A DNA stretch of 64,000 nt from Candidatus Moraniibacteriota bacterium (GTDB lineage Bacteria > Patescibacteriota > Minisyncoccia > Moranbacterales > UBA1568): assembly GCA_037201605.1 (NCBI GenBank), contig JBBCGM010000001.1, positions 1,128 to 65,127 of the forward strand. The letters are read 5' to 3'. The notes under the pieces are model-generated. The model was not told the origin of the DNA. It was given only the letters and a program-made list of their open reading frames with translations, and searched no databases. The translations under genes were made by a program, and so were the position numbers. This document shows, piece after piece, positions 33,871 to 51,954 of this stretch; positions within the stretch are counted from its first letter, which is position 1; every line of letters begins with the position of its first letter.

Positions 33871-35497
33871 CTATTCTTCACTCTTTTCAAGCGGTATTCC
33901 CACCGAAGCGAGCGCTTGGGCCGCTTTTTCGAACACCAAGCCTTCCTCTTTGAGTCGCCGGTAACAATCAGAAGTCTGCTCCAAAGGCGTTCGATATTAT
34001 CGTCGATACTCGTGAGGATTACTTTTTGGCCACGTTTTTCGATGATAGCGATAATCTCGTCAAGCGTTTCGATGCCGTCGATATCCATGAAATAGACCTC
34101 GCGTAAACGGAGTACGATATAACGATACTTCTTCAGATTGGCCTCAAAGCGCGACAAATGGGCACGAGCATTGATATAACAGAGCTTGCCCCGAAAGAGT
34201 ACAGCAAGACATCGCCCTGGTCTCCATGCAAATCGGTAAGCTTTCACCGGAAACCCAATCTACCATGCCTTTTTCAAGCGAATTGACCTTGAGATCGAAC
34301 GGACCGTGCGAAAGGCGGTTCACAAAAAAGAGGAGCGCTACAGCTGTCCCAGCAAGGATACCGATCATCGGATCAACAATGAGAGTGAGGGCTGCCACTC
34401 CTAAAGCAATAAGGAATCCGGGACGATCGTACTGGAGCAATTTCTGGAAATGCTGTGCCCCTACCATGCTGATAGCCACAAAAACCAGTATGGCGGCAAT
34501 CACCGCCAGCGGATATATTTGAACGTCCCCAGAAAAAAAGCGATATCAGAGCTACCGCTACCGCGTTGATACCAGCTGAAGTCTGGTGGGTAGCGCCGGT
34601 CTTGATGTTAAGCGAGGTACGGGCAAGTGCGGCCGTTGCAGGCATACCGCCGAAAAATCCTGAGGCAATATTGGCAAGCGACAGGCCAAGCATCTCCTTG
34701 CGCTCGTTATGGCGCGTTTTCGTCATACCATCCGCAATACGCGCCGAGAGCATGGTTTCGAGGATAGCAATGAGCGCGATCACGAGTGAGGCCTGCACAG
34801 AATAGCTAGAGAGAATTGGAAGTGGAACGGCTGAAAGAGAAGAAATTTGATCTCACCGTACTTATCACCAAGCGTTAGCAGACGCAGCGGTAGGATGTCG
34901 GCACTCCCCAAGTATCCGAGAACGATACCGATGGGAGCCAAAATGATGGCTCCAGGCAGTTTGGGTGAATACTTTTGAAAACAAAAAGGGCGACGAAAAA
35001 GAGGAGAAAAACCACAAAGGCTGAACCGGAAAACTCTCCAAGATGTCCCAGTGATTCGCCCATGTTTTCCAAAAACTTCTCATGGCGGGGTAAATCAGGT
35101 AATCCAAAAGCAAAATTAAACTGTCCCAGAGCGATAGTAAGAGCCACACCGAGGGTAAAGCCATGGATAACGCTTGCCGGCACCAAAACCAGGTAACGCT
35201 CTAGCTTCAAGAGGTACGAGAGAAAGATAACCCCTCCCACGACCAGCGTGAGCGTCGGGAGGCAGTAATTCCGTGGGTGATGACGAAAACGGCAATCACT
35301 CCGGAGAGTGCACCAGTCGGTCCTACGATATTGAATTTGCTGCCACCAAAAATGGCCGCTACCAGACCTGCCCAGACAGCAGTAAGGATACCAAGCGTTG
35401 GCGTTGCATTAGAGGCAACCGCGAGCGAAACCGAGAGCGGAATAGAGATGAGGGATACAGTGATACCTGACTTAAGATTTTCGCGCGTGAACTGCAT
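33871..35497 (-). CDS. SulP-family anion transporter with C-terminal STAS domain (at least 6 frame breaks)
   Basis: MQFTRENLKSGITVSLISIPLSVSLAVASNATPTLGILTAVWAGLVAAIFGGSKFNIVGPTGALS. The STAS part is RLREVYFMDIDGIETLDEIIAIIEKRGQKVILTSI. Confidence 0.8.
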
Positions 35498-35655
35498 ATG
35501 TATACAAGTGGGCCAAAACAACAAAGAAGAACCGGGAGCGGTCTCCCTGTTTCGGACGAGAATTGAAGAATTAGGAATACGGCCATCCTACTCCAATCAA
35601 AACGAAAAGCCAAGAGGATACACCTCCTGGCTTCGGAACAGTGTTTGAAGACAAC

Positions 35656-36701
35656 CTACTCCTCCTCTTCCGAGCTTTCAGCACGCTCGTGGTCTTTAGC
35701 AGCCTGATAGATAGCCTTCTCAATTTCTTTGAGCATTTTTTGGTTTTCGCGAAGAAAGGTCTTGGCGTTTTCGCGCCCTACGCCGAGTTTGGTTTCACCG
35801 AAAGCGTACGAGTTTCCGGACTTCTTGATAACGCCGAACTGGATGGCCGTATCCAAGACATCCCCCGCAAGCGAAATGCCCTCATTGTACATGATGTCGA
35901 ATTCAGCGGTGCGGAACGGAGCCGCCACTTTGTTCTTGACGACTTTTGCTTTGACACGGTTCCCGACTACTTCCTCGCCGCGCTTTATCTGAGCGCTCCG
36001 GCGTACTTCGATACGCACGGAAGAATAGAATTTGAGAGCCTGTCCGCCGGTCGTCGTTTCGGGATTGCCGAACATAACGCCGATTTTCATACGGATCTGA
36101 TTGATGAAAATGACGACCACGTTGGAACGGGCAATAATCGCCGTCAACTTGCGCAGCGCCTGAGACATGAGACGCGCCTGGCGTCCAACATGATGATCCC
36201 CCATCTCACCTTCGATTTCGGCCCTCGGTACGAGCGCTGCTACGGAGTCGACCACGATGACGTCCACCATATTGGAACGCACTAGGGTCTCAACGATATC
36301 GAGCGCCTGTTCGCCGGCATCGGGCTGGGAAATGAGAAGGTTGCTCGTATTAACGCCGATACGTTTAGCATACTCGGGATCCAGAGCATGCTCGGCGTCT
36401 ACAAACGCTGCCACGCCGCCCGCCTTCTGGGCATTGGCGACAATATGGAGCGAGAGTGTCGTCTTCCCGGAAGATTCCGGCCCATAGACTTCCACCACGC
36501 GCCCGCGCGGGACACCGCCGATACCAAGGGCCATATCGAGGGAAATGGAACCAGTTGGAATAGCTTCGATATCCACCTTGCGCACGTCGCCAAGTTTCAT
36601 CATCATCCCTCTCCGAATTTTTCCTGGATAGTATCGAGAACGGTGTCTACTTTGCTCTGTTTGCCCACCTCTTTCGCTTCCGTCTTCTTCGCTTTGGCCA
36701 T
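35656..36701 (-). CDS. recA: Recombinase RecA (one frame break)
   Basis: [32 protein letters not shown] starts at ATG 36701. ORF 35656-36606 gives [14 protein letters not shown]. The break is at the CCC run at 36607-36609. Confidence 0.95.
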
Positions 36702-36735
36702 AGCGCTTGCATTACAAGAAATTAACGATCATCCC

Positions 36736-37773
36736 CTATTGTAGCGGTTTTTGACCCTCTGTTCCAGCCGTTTCCGATTCAACGGCTTGGGGTATAAAAG
36801 TGACTTCCTTGACCGGTCCGGCTTTGTGGAGAGCGGCTCTTCTTTGCCTTCGGGTCGCTTCACAAAGACCTGGTCACCACGATCAGCAGAAAACACGATT
36901 CTCTCGGGCTCCTTCGAAGTGACGAGTCGCGTCCTTCGGGAGCGGCCCGTTCTCTACTTCTTTGCCATCTACGGTAATCAGAACTCGCGTTGCCTCTCCC
37001 AGACGTACATCAAGAATAACTTTAAGAATAACTTTGGCTTGGTTTTCGACCGCTTGACGGAGAGCGCCCGAACCTTCAGATATTGGCTGTTCAAAACGAC
37101 CCTCAATCTGAAGCGTTTCGCTCTTCTCTCTATCGAAACGGTTCACTGTTTTGACCACGACTGTATTCAGTCCTGGTTTCAGTGTGATTTGATCACTGAA
37201 AATACCTGTCTGGTCGACAAACACGGCTTCGCCATTGACGCTCACCTGACTGCCCTTATCAGTCTCGCCCCGCAGCGTGATTTCACTCTGTTCAACGCTT
37301 GCGCCCGGCTCCGGCTCCCTGATCACGAGCCGCGGATCGGCTGCAAAACGGTAAAATTCCTGGTAAAGATAGAAAAAAACTCCCGCAGCAATCAGGATGG
37401 AAAGCGAGAGCACGACGGTGCGCGGCGTAATGGTAAAAAAGTTGGTCGAGATGACCTTTTTGTGTGTAAAGCCCTCTTCTGATTCCTCCCCGAGATTCTT
37501 GCGAACGTGCCGCTCGCGCTCATAGAGTCGCATGAGCGCTTCCTCATCCACGTTCAGATAACGAGCATAGCTGCGCAGAAAGCCGCGCACGTAGACGTCG
37601 GCAGGCAGGCTTTTATAATTCCCCGCTTCGAGCGCCTCCAGATACTGTGGCTTAATCTTGGTGACTTTGGAAACATCGGTGATACTGATACGAAAATCAT
37701 TGCGCAATTTACGCAGCTTCTCGCCAAGCGTCAGGGTTCCAATCTTTTTCCGAGTAAATTCAAGTTTGGCCAT
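36736..37773 (-). CDS. RodZ-like HTH/transmembrane protein (C-terminal frame break)
   Basis: [60 protein letters not shown], then a TM segment and a beta-rich C-terminal domain. Confidence 0.65.
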
Positions 37774-40164
37774 ATCTTACGCCTCCCACCGATCCCGTTC
37801 TGCTGCTCGGCCAAAACGTCCGGTTCAGCATTTCCTGTCTCTTCCGCCTGTTCCCCTTCTTCAGATGCAGCTGCAGTTGAAACGAGTACCTTCTTTTTCC
37901 CATCGACCATGCCCACGATGCTGTTCTTTTCCAATAAGCTCATAAGACGGCGCGGCTCTCGGATAACCGATACCGAGTGCGGTCTGAAGGTAAGTCGTCG
38001 AAGCGCGTCCCGTGTCGACTACAACCCTCTTGGCATCCTCGTAGAGGCTCTCCTCCTTAGAGCCGTCATCCACGGCGTTCAGTGCATCCAGAAGCTCATT
38101 CCGCGTCTCATCTCCACCGGTAATATCTTCCTCCTCATCTTCATCATCTTCTTTTTGATCCCGCCAAAACTGCGTCACCTTGCGCACTTCCACGATCTTC
38201 AACGAAGACGCCTTGGATGCGCTTAATCTCTTTGCCGTCAGAGGACGCGTACAGCATATCGCCATTGCCCAAAAGCTTCTCCGCCCCTGAGCCGTCGAGT
38301 ACCGTGCGCGAATCGATTTGATTGGCTACCTGGAAAGAAATACGGGTTGGAATATTGGCCTTAATGAGGCCGGTCAGCACTTCAACGCTCGGACGCTGCG
38401 TGGCAAGAATGAGATGAATACCGACGGCGCGCGACATTTGGGCCAGACGGATAACGAGCGACTCTACGTCCTTGCCATGCGCTACCATGAGGTCTGCCAT
38501 TTCATCAATAACTAGCACCATGTACGGCAGATTCTCCCATGCCTCCTTGTGGCTCTTATTCGTGTCGCGGTCAAACACTGTGCGCTGTTCGCCGCTCTCA
38601 CATTTCTCGCGATAGCTTGCCAGATCGCGGGCACCGGCATCCTGCAACACTTTGTAGCGGCGTTCCATCTCGCCTACGTCCAACGCAGCAAGCCCATGAC
38701 TTTCTTGTTATCGACAATGACATCCGTCTTCAGGTGGGGAATACCGTTGTAGACGGAGAGTTCGACGCGTTTCGGATCAACCAGCATCAGCTTCAGTTCC
38801 TCGGGCGTATTCTGGTAGAGAAGCGAGAGTAGGAGGGTGTTCACGCAAACGCTCTTGCCGCTGCCGGTGCGGCCGGCAATCAAAAGATGCGGCATGCGGC
38901 GCAGATCAGCGATGATAGGCTTGCCGGAAACATCATCACCCGAGAATAAGCGAGAGTTTGGACTCGCTTTTGGCTTTTTTGAATTCAGGTGTCTCCAAAA
39001 CACTGCGCAAGCGGACGCGCGCAACTTCGATATTCGGTACTTCGATACCGATGAGAGGCTGGTTGGGAATGGGGGCCTCAATACGGATCGGGTGTTTGGC
39101 GAGTGCCAGTGCGAGATCATTGGAGAGATTCGTGATACGTGAAAGTTTGACCCCGATGCCGGGCCGAAACGTATACTGGGTCACGGTCGGCCCTTCCTTT
39201 ACCTCGCCTGCCTCGACTTCAATCCCCGAAATACTTAAGGGTATTCTGGATAATTTCCTTATTGCGTTCAATATCGCCACCGACACCACGAGTAGAGCTA
39301 TCCGAAAGAAGGTCCGCTCCGGCAGGACCCAATGGGTGCGCCTTCGCCGACGCTTTTTGGGTGCGCCTTCGCCATCGCCTTCCTCTTCGTCACCCTCTTC
39401 GGACTCCAGCTCCTGAGGAGCAGCTTGAAGCTCTTCATCATGAAAATTAAGGTTCTGGATATTGGCACCCGCGAGATCGTCTCCCGATACGCTGGCCGGC
39501 GCAAACCCCTCTTCGCGGAGATCCAAAGAAAGGGCAGGATCATCAATCGCTTCCTCAACAGCATCTTCTAACACCTCTTCTTCGGGTACCTTACGATGCA
39601 GCACTGCTTCCGTCAGAGCCTTCAAACGGTCAATGAGGCGCTGGAAGGAAAGGTTGAAGGAAGCAATGAGGCCGGCCGCAAAAAGCGCGAGCAAAAGCAG
39701 GGCTCCGGCCCCTTTGCCCGCCAGTTTCAGAAAGAGAGCAGCGAGAAAATAGCCCGCATATCCGCCGCCGCTGCCGGCATGGGCCATTTGCAAATACTCT
39801 TGAGCGCTGTCTCCAGAAAAGAGATGGATAAGCCCGAGAAGAGCGAGAAAGGCGATCAGGAGGCCGCTGAATTTCACAATGTCTGCCAGCCTCGTCGTCC
39901 GTCTCTTCAGGAGAAAAAAGGCGCTCACTGAAGTACGATGGGAAGCAGCCACTTCCCAAAGCCGAATATGCTCCCAAACGCATCATCGAGTCCATGGCCA
40001 AGCGGCCCGGCTACGTCGAAAAAGCCCAGCAGCACGATAAGCGCGAGCGTGGCCAAAAAGAGCGCTAGCAGACTGCGCTTTGCATCGCTCCCAAGGATGT
40101 GATCGAGCTGAAAGGCCGGATCAGAGGCTTCCGGCTCGTTTTTTTCTTTCTTTTTGCGGCCCAT
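37731..40164 (-). CDS. ftsK: DNA translocase FtsK/SpoIIIE (at least 5 frame breaks)
   Basis: N-terminal TM region, then the Walker A motif [16 protein letters not shown], then [22 protein letters not shown] and the gamma-domain sequence [13 protein letters not shown]. The exact 3' end is uncertain because it overlaps the next gene. Confidence 0.85.
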
Positions 40165-40210
40165 ACAAAAAAGCGTATGCACGCAGTATAGCACAGGCGC
40201 TTTACGCGTC

Positions 40211-40748
40211 TCAAAAAGCCCCTATTGGGCTTGAATCAGCAAAAGAACGGTCCGAACGGCGCAGTAGACTCTTCACTTCCACTAAGCGCTCTTCGATACG
40301 CATGAGCCGGTCACGATCGAAGGGGCGGCGGAAACGGCCGATAAGACCGCTCCGGCCATGAATACTTTCTCCCCAAGCAGTAGCCAGTCCTGATCAATTT
40401 TGCGCTCTAGCCCCTGGATGTCTTCAAATGTCATTTCTTGCTTTGGATCCAAATGATAGCGTTCAGCTAACCACTCGTATCCGCAGGCTTTAAGTGAATG
40501 CTCTCAAGCGCGACCCCTTCTTTCTGGCTGGAGACGCTCTCGGCAGATTCTGCCACCGGCATTTTAAGGCGCTCTAAGATAGCTCCTGCCTTCTGGCTGT
40601 CCGCAGAGGCGCGTTCTTTTTTTTCATTAAAAAGCGCCCGTACCTCCTGGTCAAGGGAATGCTGAGATGCTCGGGGCTGCTCTAAAGAACGCTCAGGGGC
40701 GTTCCCGGCTGGATCTTCAGAGAACAACGGTTGTTCAAAACGGTACAT
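40211..40748 (-). CDS. Hypothetical protein (at least 2 frame breaks)
   Basis: ORF 40467-40748 continues in shifted frames as YEWLAERYHLDPKQEMTFEDIQGLERKIDQDW...DRLMRIEERLVEVKSLL. Confidence 0.3.
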
Positions 40749-40765
40749 GTCTTTTTGTTTTGAAA

Positions 40766-40792
40766 CAAAGAAAAACGGGCTTGCACCCGTTT
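40766..40792 (-). terminator. Second hairpin with U-tract downstream of rpoC
   Basis: The minus strand reads ACGGG-TGCAAG-CCCGT followed by TTTTCTTTG. Confidence 0.5.
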
Positions 40793-40809
40793 CTTTTCTC
40801 CATTATAGC

Positions 40810-40840
40810 ATAAAAAAGAGCCCCTTACAAGGGGCTCTTT
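40810..40840 (-). terminator. Intrinsic terminator after rpoC
   Basis: The minus strand reads AGAGCCCC-TTGTAA-GGGGCTCT followed by TTTTTT. Confidence 0.75.
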
Positions 40841-40843
40841 TGA

Positions 40844-47933
<7,090 letters not shown>

Positions 47934-48113
47934 AAAAAGGCGCTCACGGGAGTCTCCTTGGCCGGCGGGGACAAGAGGGTCGTGAGATTATCAGGAAATT
48001 ATTCAGTTGTATGGAGGGCGAGGCTTCGCTCCATCGGGGTGGCTCGTTTACTCTGTGGTTTCGCGCAGACTCTGGACTCAAAAAGTCGGCGGGTTTTCTC
48101 AAAACAAGTGTGG

Positions 48114-48142
48114 GATTGTAGCAGGTGTGTTTTAACCTGTCA
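48114..48142 (-). promoter_or_regulatory. Sigma-70-type promoter of rpoBC
   Basis: The minus strand reads TTGACA, a 17-nt spacer, then TACAAT, about 175 nt upstream of the rpoB start. Confidence 0.65.
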
Positions 48143-48216
48143 AGCCAAACGCCAAAAACAAAGCGTGGCGGCTTCTTTGCGGTCTTTTCGGTATCAAAAT
48201 GGCGTCGGCCAAGCCC

Positions 48217-48501
48217 TCACTTTTCATCGGACTGTGCCTTCGCTCCAAAAGTATATACCCGCGCTACGGTTTCGGCAATACGCCGTGAAGTAAAGGTCTC
48301 CGGCATGGTACTTTCCACCTGAAAATCCCCTACCTCGCTTGCTTCAATGCCCACATCCGAAAGAAGCTTTTCGGTGGCTTCCAGAAGGCGCTCGCTCATG
48401 TCGCGCTTTTCTGGCCAGGTCGCGCGGCCCCGCTCCGCCCCTTCTCGCGACAGCACAAGCGTCGCTTCTTTTTCTCCAACATGCAGATCAAATCGGTACA
48501 T
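48217..48501 (-). CDS. Hypothetical 94-aa protein, faint TsaB/YeaZ N-terminal resemblance
   Basis: MYRFDLHVGEKEATLVLSREG...RDMSERLLEATEKLLSDVGIEASEVGDFQV. ATG 48501 is preceded by AAGG. Confidence 0.45.
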   Translation of the reverse strand: MYRFDLHVGEKEATLVLSREGAERGRATWPEKRDMSERLLEATEKLLSDVGIEASEVGDFQVESTMPETFTSRRIAETVARVYTFGAKAQSDEK

Positions 48502-48506
48502 ACGCC

Positions 48507-49262
48507 TTACAGTTTTTTCCAATCAAAATTCCAGGGGTCGCTTTTGCGGTCCGGCGCGATGTCGTCGTGGCCGAGGACGTATTTGATAGAATAGCGCTTC
48601 TTAATATCGGCAACGAGTGCCCTGACCGCCGCGTACTGGGCGTCAGTATACTCGTCTCCCTTATCGTTGTTGATGAGCTCGATACCGATGGAAAAATCAT
48701 TCACATTCGTGCGCCCGTCTGGCACGCGGCTTTCGCCTGCATGATACGAGACGTTCTTTTCCTCTACCAGCCGATAGATAGTCCCGTCGCGGCCGATGAG
48801 ATAGTGAGCCGACACTCCGTAGCTCTTGTAAATGTCGATGATTTTCGAAACCGAGTATTGATCACCACCTAGAGAATTGTAGGTGGAATGCAGGATGATG
48901 GTATCAATGGTACGGCTCGTTTTGGCAGCGAAGCCAGAAGACATCAGTCGATTGGTGATAGAAAGGCTACTCGCTTTCGGCTGTGCGTCAGGTTTCTCCC
49001 CTGATTTCGGAAGGGGCGGCAAGAGGACGTCGTCAGTCGCCTGCCCGGATTCGGCCTGTGGCTCAGGCTGAGCTTCGGTTACCGGTTCAGGGGCGGATGT
49101 CTGTTCTTCGGACTGATCCGCGAGATCTTTGGTTTCAGGAGCCTCTTGGGTAAATTCCGTTTGTTTAGAACCCGCAGAGTACCAGAATCCAAAAGAAACA
49201 GCTCCTACAACAAGAAGGAGAGATACTGAGAGGAAAGAAATTTTTCGCTGTTTGGCAGTCAT
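48507..49262 (-). CDS. Membrane-anchored N-acetylmuramoyl-L-alanine amidase (Amidase_2/AmpD-like)
   Basis: Intact. An N-terminal TM segment and low-complexity linker are followed by IDTIILHSTYN...AHYLIGRDGTIY...SYHAGES...NDFSIGIELIN...VLGHDDIAPDRKSDP. Confidence 0.85.
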   Translation of the reverse strand: MTAKQRKISFLSVSLLLVVGAVSFGFWYSAGSKQTEFTQEAPETKDLADQSEEQTSAPEPVTEAQPEPQAESGQATDDVLLPPLPKSGEKPDAQPKASSLSITNRLMSSGFAAKTSRTIDTIILHSTYNSLGGDQYSVSKIIDIYKSYGVSAHYLIGRDGTIYRLVEEKNVSYHAGESRVPDGRTNVNDFSIGIELINNDKGDEYTDAQYAAVRALVADIKKRYSIKYVLGHDDIAPDRKSDPWNFDWKKL

Positions 49263-49341
49263 GTCCCCTATTATAGCAGGATAGCAAAAAGTCTCTCTTC
49301 AAAAGATCAGAGAGACTTTTCGAGCGTTCTTGGAAAAAAGC

Positions 49342-49614
49342 CTATTTGCGCTTTTTCTTGCTCTCTCCGCCGGAGAGGAACATAGCGGTTACAGCGCCCA
49401 GGGCAGCGCCGATGCCAGCTGAAATCAGGGCTGACTTTTCGGGATTCTTCTTGATATAGGCGTCTACCTTTTTCATATTCGCCTCTACCTGCTTGCGCAC
49501 CTTGGTAATTTCTTTTTGTGCGTTCGCCTTATTCTTGTCCACGATTTCGGAGATCTCTTTTTTCGCTCCTTCGAGGATTGCCTTGCCGGCCTGATTCGCG
49601 TTTTTCGCAGCCAT
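49342..49614 (-). CDS. YqjD/ElaB-like (DUF883) tail-anchored protein
   Basis: Intact 90 aa. A Lys/Glu-rich helical N-terminus is followed by the C-terminal anchor ALISAGIGAALGAVTAMFL. Confidence 0.55.
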   Translation of the reverse strand: MAAKNANQAGKAILEGAKKEISEIVDKNKANAQKEITKVRKQVEANMKKVDAYIKKNPEKSALISAGIGAALGAVTAMFLSGGESKKKRK

Positions 49615-49637
49615 AGCTTTATGTTAATGGGTTATAC

Positions 49638-49976
49638 TTACTTTTTTCCAGGGATAAAATACCACACGAACGAAAGGAGAACGAGTGTTCCTCCAACGAG
49701 AAGTGAGCCGGAACCCGCTACTTGCGGAAAAGTGTGGCTGAGGTATTGAGCGAGGCCCGTTAGGAGGAAGATAACGCCCACGACTGCCGAAAGCAGTATG
49801 GAGAAGCGCCGGATAAGCGTGCGGATGTAATCATCCGTTATTTCCCGAGCCGAAAGCAGCAGCTCGACAAAGAACGTGTTCAGCTTTCCGATAAAAAGTA
49901 TCGAGACAAAACTGCCGATCAGTTTCGCAAAAAAGCCCTCTTCTGAATCTTGTTTCCTTTTGTTGAAGATAGCCAT
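49638..49976 (-). CDS. YqjE/holin-superfamily-like 2-TM membrane protein
   Basis: Intact 112 aa with two TM helices. Sitting next to a YqjD-like gene mirrors the E. coli yqjD-yqjE pairing. Confidence 0.4.
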   Translation of the reverse strand: MAIFNKRKQDSEEGFFAKLIGSFVSILFIGKLNTFFVELLLSAREITDDYIRTLIRRFSILLSAVVGVIFLLTGLAQYLSHTFPQVAGSGSLLVGGTLVLLSFVWYFIPGKK

Positions 49977-50044
49977 GAGAGTAGAGCTACAGATGACGCC
50001 TTCAGTATACCACTTCTCCCCGTTTTCGGGTGTATGATGGAAAT

Positions 50045-51954
50045 ATGAAAGGGCAAGCCTTTTTGCAACTAAGTTGCACTATTACCATAGCACTTGCCAC
50101 GGCCGGACTCGCGCATGCGAAAGAACGGCCTCATGTGCGACTGTCAGAAGTCCTTGTCGAAGACGGGAACAGCCGCAACGAATACGTCGAGCTCATCAAT
50201 CTCGACGACGAACCGGCCGATATTGGCAGCTGGCAACTGCGCCGCTACACCACCAGGCAAAGTACGAATCCTGATTCTAAAACTTTTTCGAAAGATGCCT
50301 GCCTTCCAGGCCACGGACACTATCTCTGGGCTAACAGTGAGGGTAAATATGCAGAGTTGGCCGATGAAACAACCAAATCTTTCTCTCTTGCCAAAGACAA
50401 TGGCCTGGCACTCTATACAAGTAGCAAGGATGATGCGGACCTCATAGACAGCCTCTCCTGGGGCAAGGGCTATCCGTTTGATGAAGACGCAGCTCATTTT
50501 GAGGACAATCCGGAAGATGGCGAGGCCTTTGTCTATGACTTGGATGATAAAAAATTGAAGAAGAGCACCGATCTTTCTCCTACGAAGAAAGAAGGCGCCT
50601 GTCAGAAAGAGAGCGAACCAGAAGAGGAACCGAGCCAGCCTGTTGAGGGCGTTTTTTCTCTCCGAAATCCTGCCCCATCCCAGCAAAGGGAATGAAGAAT
50701 TCATTGAGCTCGGCAATCAGAGCGGCGCGAATGTTCCCCTCGGCGGCTGGACCCTGCGGGATAGTTCGAAGACCGGCATCTACACGTTTCCGAAAAGTAG
50801 CGTGCTTGCGGCCGGGTCGCTCTTTGCCCTTTTCAAAAGCGACTTCCGTTTCGCCTTAAACGATTCCAGAGAGACACTCACTCTCTCGGATGCGGCTGGC
50901 CGCAAAATACACGATGCCGCTTGGAGCACAAGCAAACAGGGCGTATCGCTCAATAATGTGAACGGGAAATTCCAGGGTGGGACTCCCACTCCAGGGAAAC
51001 CTAACCAGTCCAACAACCTTCCCCGCACTTCCGAAAAAGTGCCCAAGGAAGGCTTCGTCGGCTTTCCCATTTCTTTCGAGGCAGGCGGTAAAGACAAAGA
51101 AACGAAGAAGCTTAAGTTCACTTGGGACTTCGGAGACGGCCACAAGAGCTATCTAGAAAAGACCTCTCATATCTACAAGAAAAAAGGCAAGTATACCGTC
51201 ACCTTGAAGACAACGGACGCACAGGATGACAAGATCGAAACCTTTACCGTCACGATCAAAGCCTACAAAGCCCCGGATATTGCGCTCGTTGCCCCTTTTC
51301 CCAAACCCGAAAGGCAATGATACGGGGCAGGAATGGATCGAGATTAAGAATGCTTCTGGAAAAACAATTGATCTTAAAAACTGGGTTATTGCTACGGGAA
51401 GCAGCAAGGAGAAACTCGTCAACCACCCCCTCCGGGAAAGTCTGAAACTTAAAAAAGGTGCCCTCCTCCGCCTCACCCGCAAGCACGCGAGCATAACCCT
51501 CACCAATAGTATCGGTATCGTGCAGCTGCTCGCCCCTGACAAGAAGAAAGTAGACGAGGTACGCTACGCGACGCCTACAGGCAAGAGTATTCCCCAAGAG
51601 GCTCTCTATCAGCGCGATACAAGTGGTGCATGGGTCTGGAAGTTTGTCTCCGCAACGAGCATACCTCTCAATACCGTGAAAGATACAATCGCCAAGGGAC
51701 CGCTTACACCATTAACGACTCCCTGGCCGATCTTTCAGGGCCTGCGTCAAGAGAAAGATACTTCACTCGCAAAGAAACAAAGTCTCGGTTCGCTTGCCCT
51801 GGGCACGCGTCTATCTCTTCCCGTAGACATGCCTTACATACCGATCCAGCAATATCAAAAGAGCCTCTCGTCCGGAGAGGCTCTGGAATGGCCGGGAGTA
51901 CGTGTCCTAAACACTCGGATCAACCTCTGGCTTGCTGGGCTTCAGACCCTCTGA
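50045..51954 (+). CDS. Secreted protein with three lamin-tail domains and one PKD domain (2 frame breaks, near 50650 and 51300)
   Basis: Signal peptide MKGQAFLQLSCTITIALATAGLAHA. LTD-like units are NEYVELINLDDEPADIGSWQL, NEEFIELGNQSGANVPLGGWTL and QEWIEIKNASGKTIDLKNWVI. The PKD signature is FTWDFGDGHKS...GKYTVTLK. Confidence 0.75.

Noticed and set aside
50030-50044. An upstream GTG start (MYDGNMKGQ) for the LTD protein, and a TGTATGAT extended -10 immediately before it.
   Set aside because: ATG 50045 gives a canonical signal peptide. The putative -10 would place the TSS inside or a few nt before the coding start, and the -35 region is poor. This is left unannotated.
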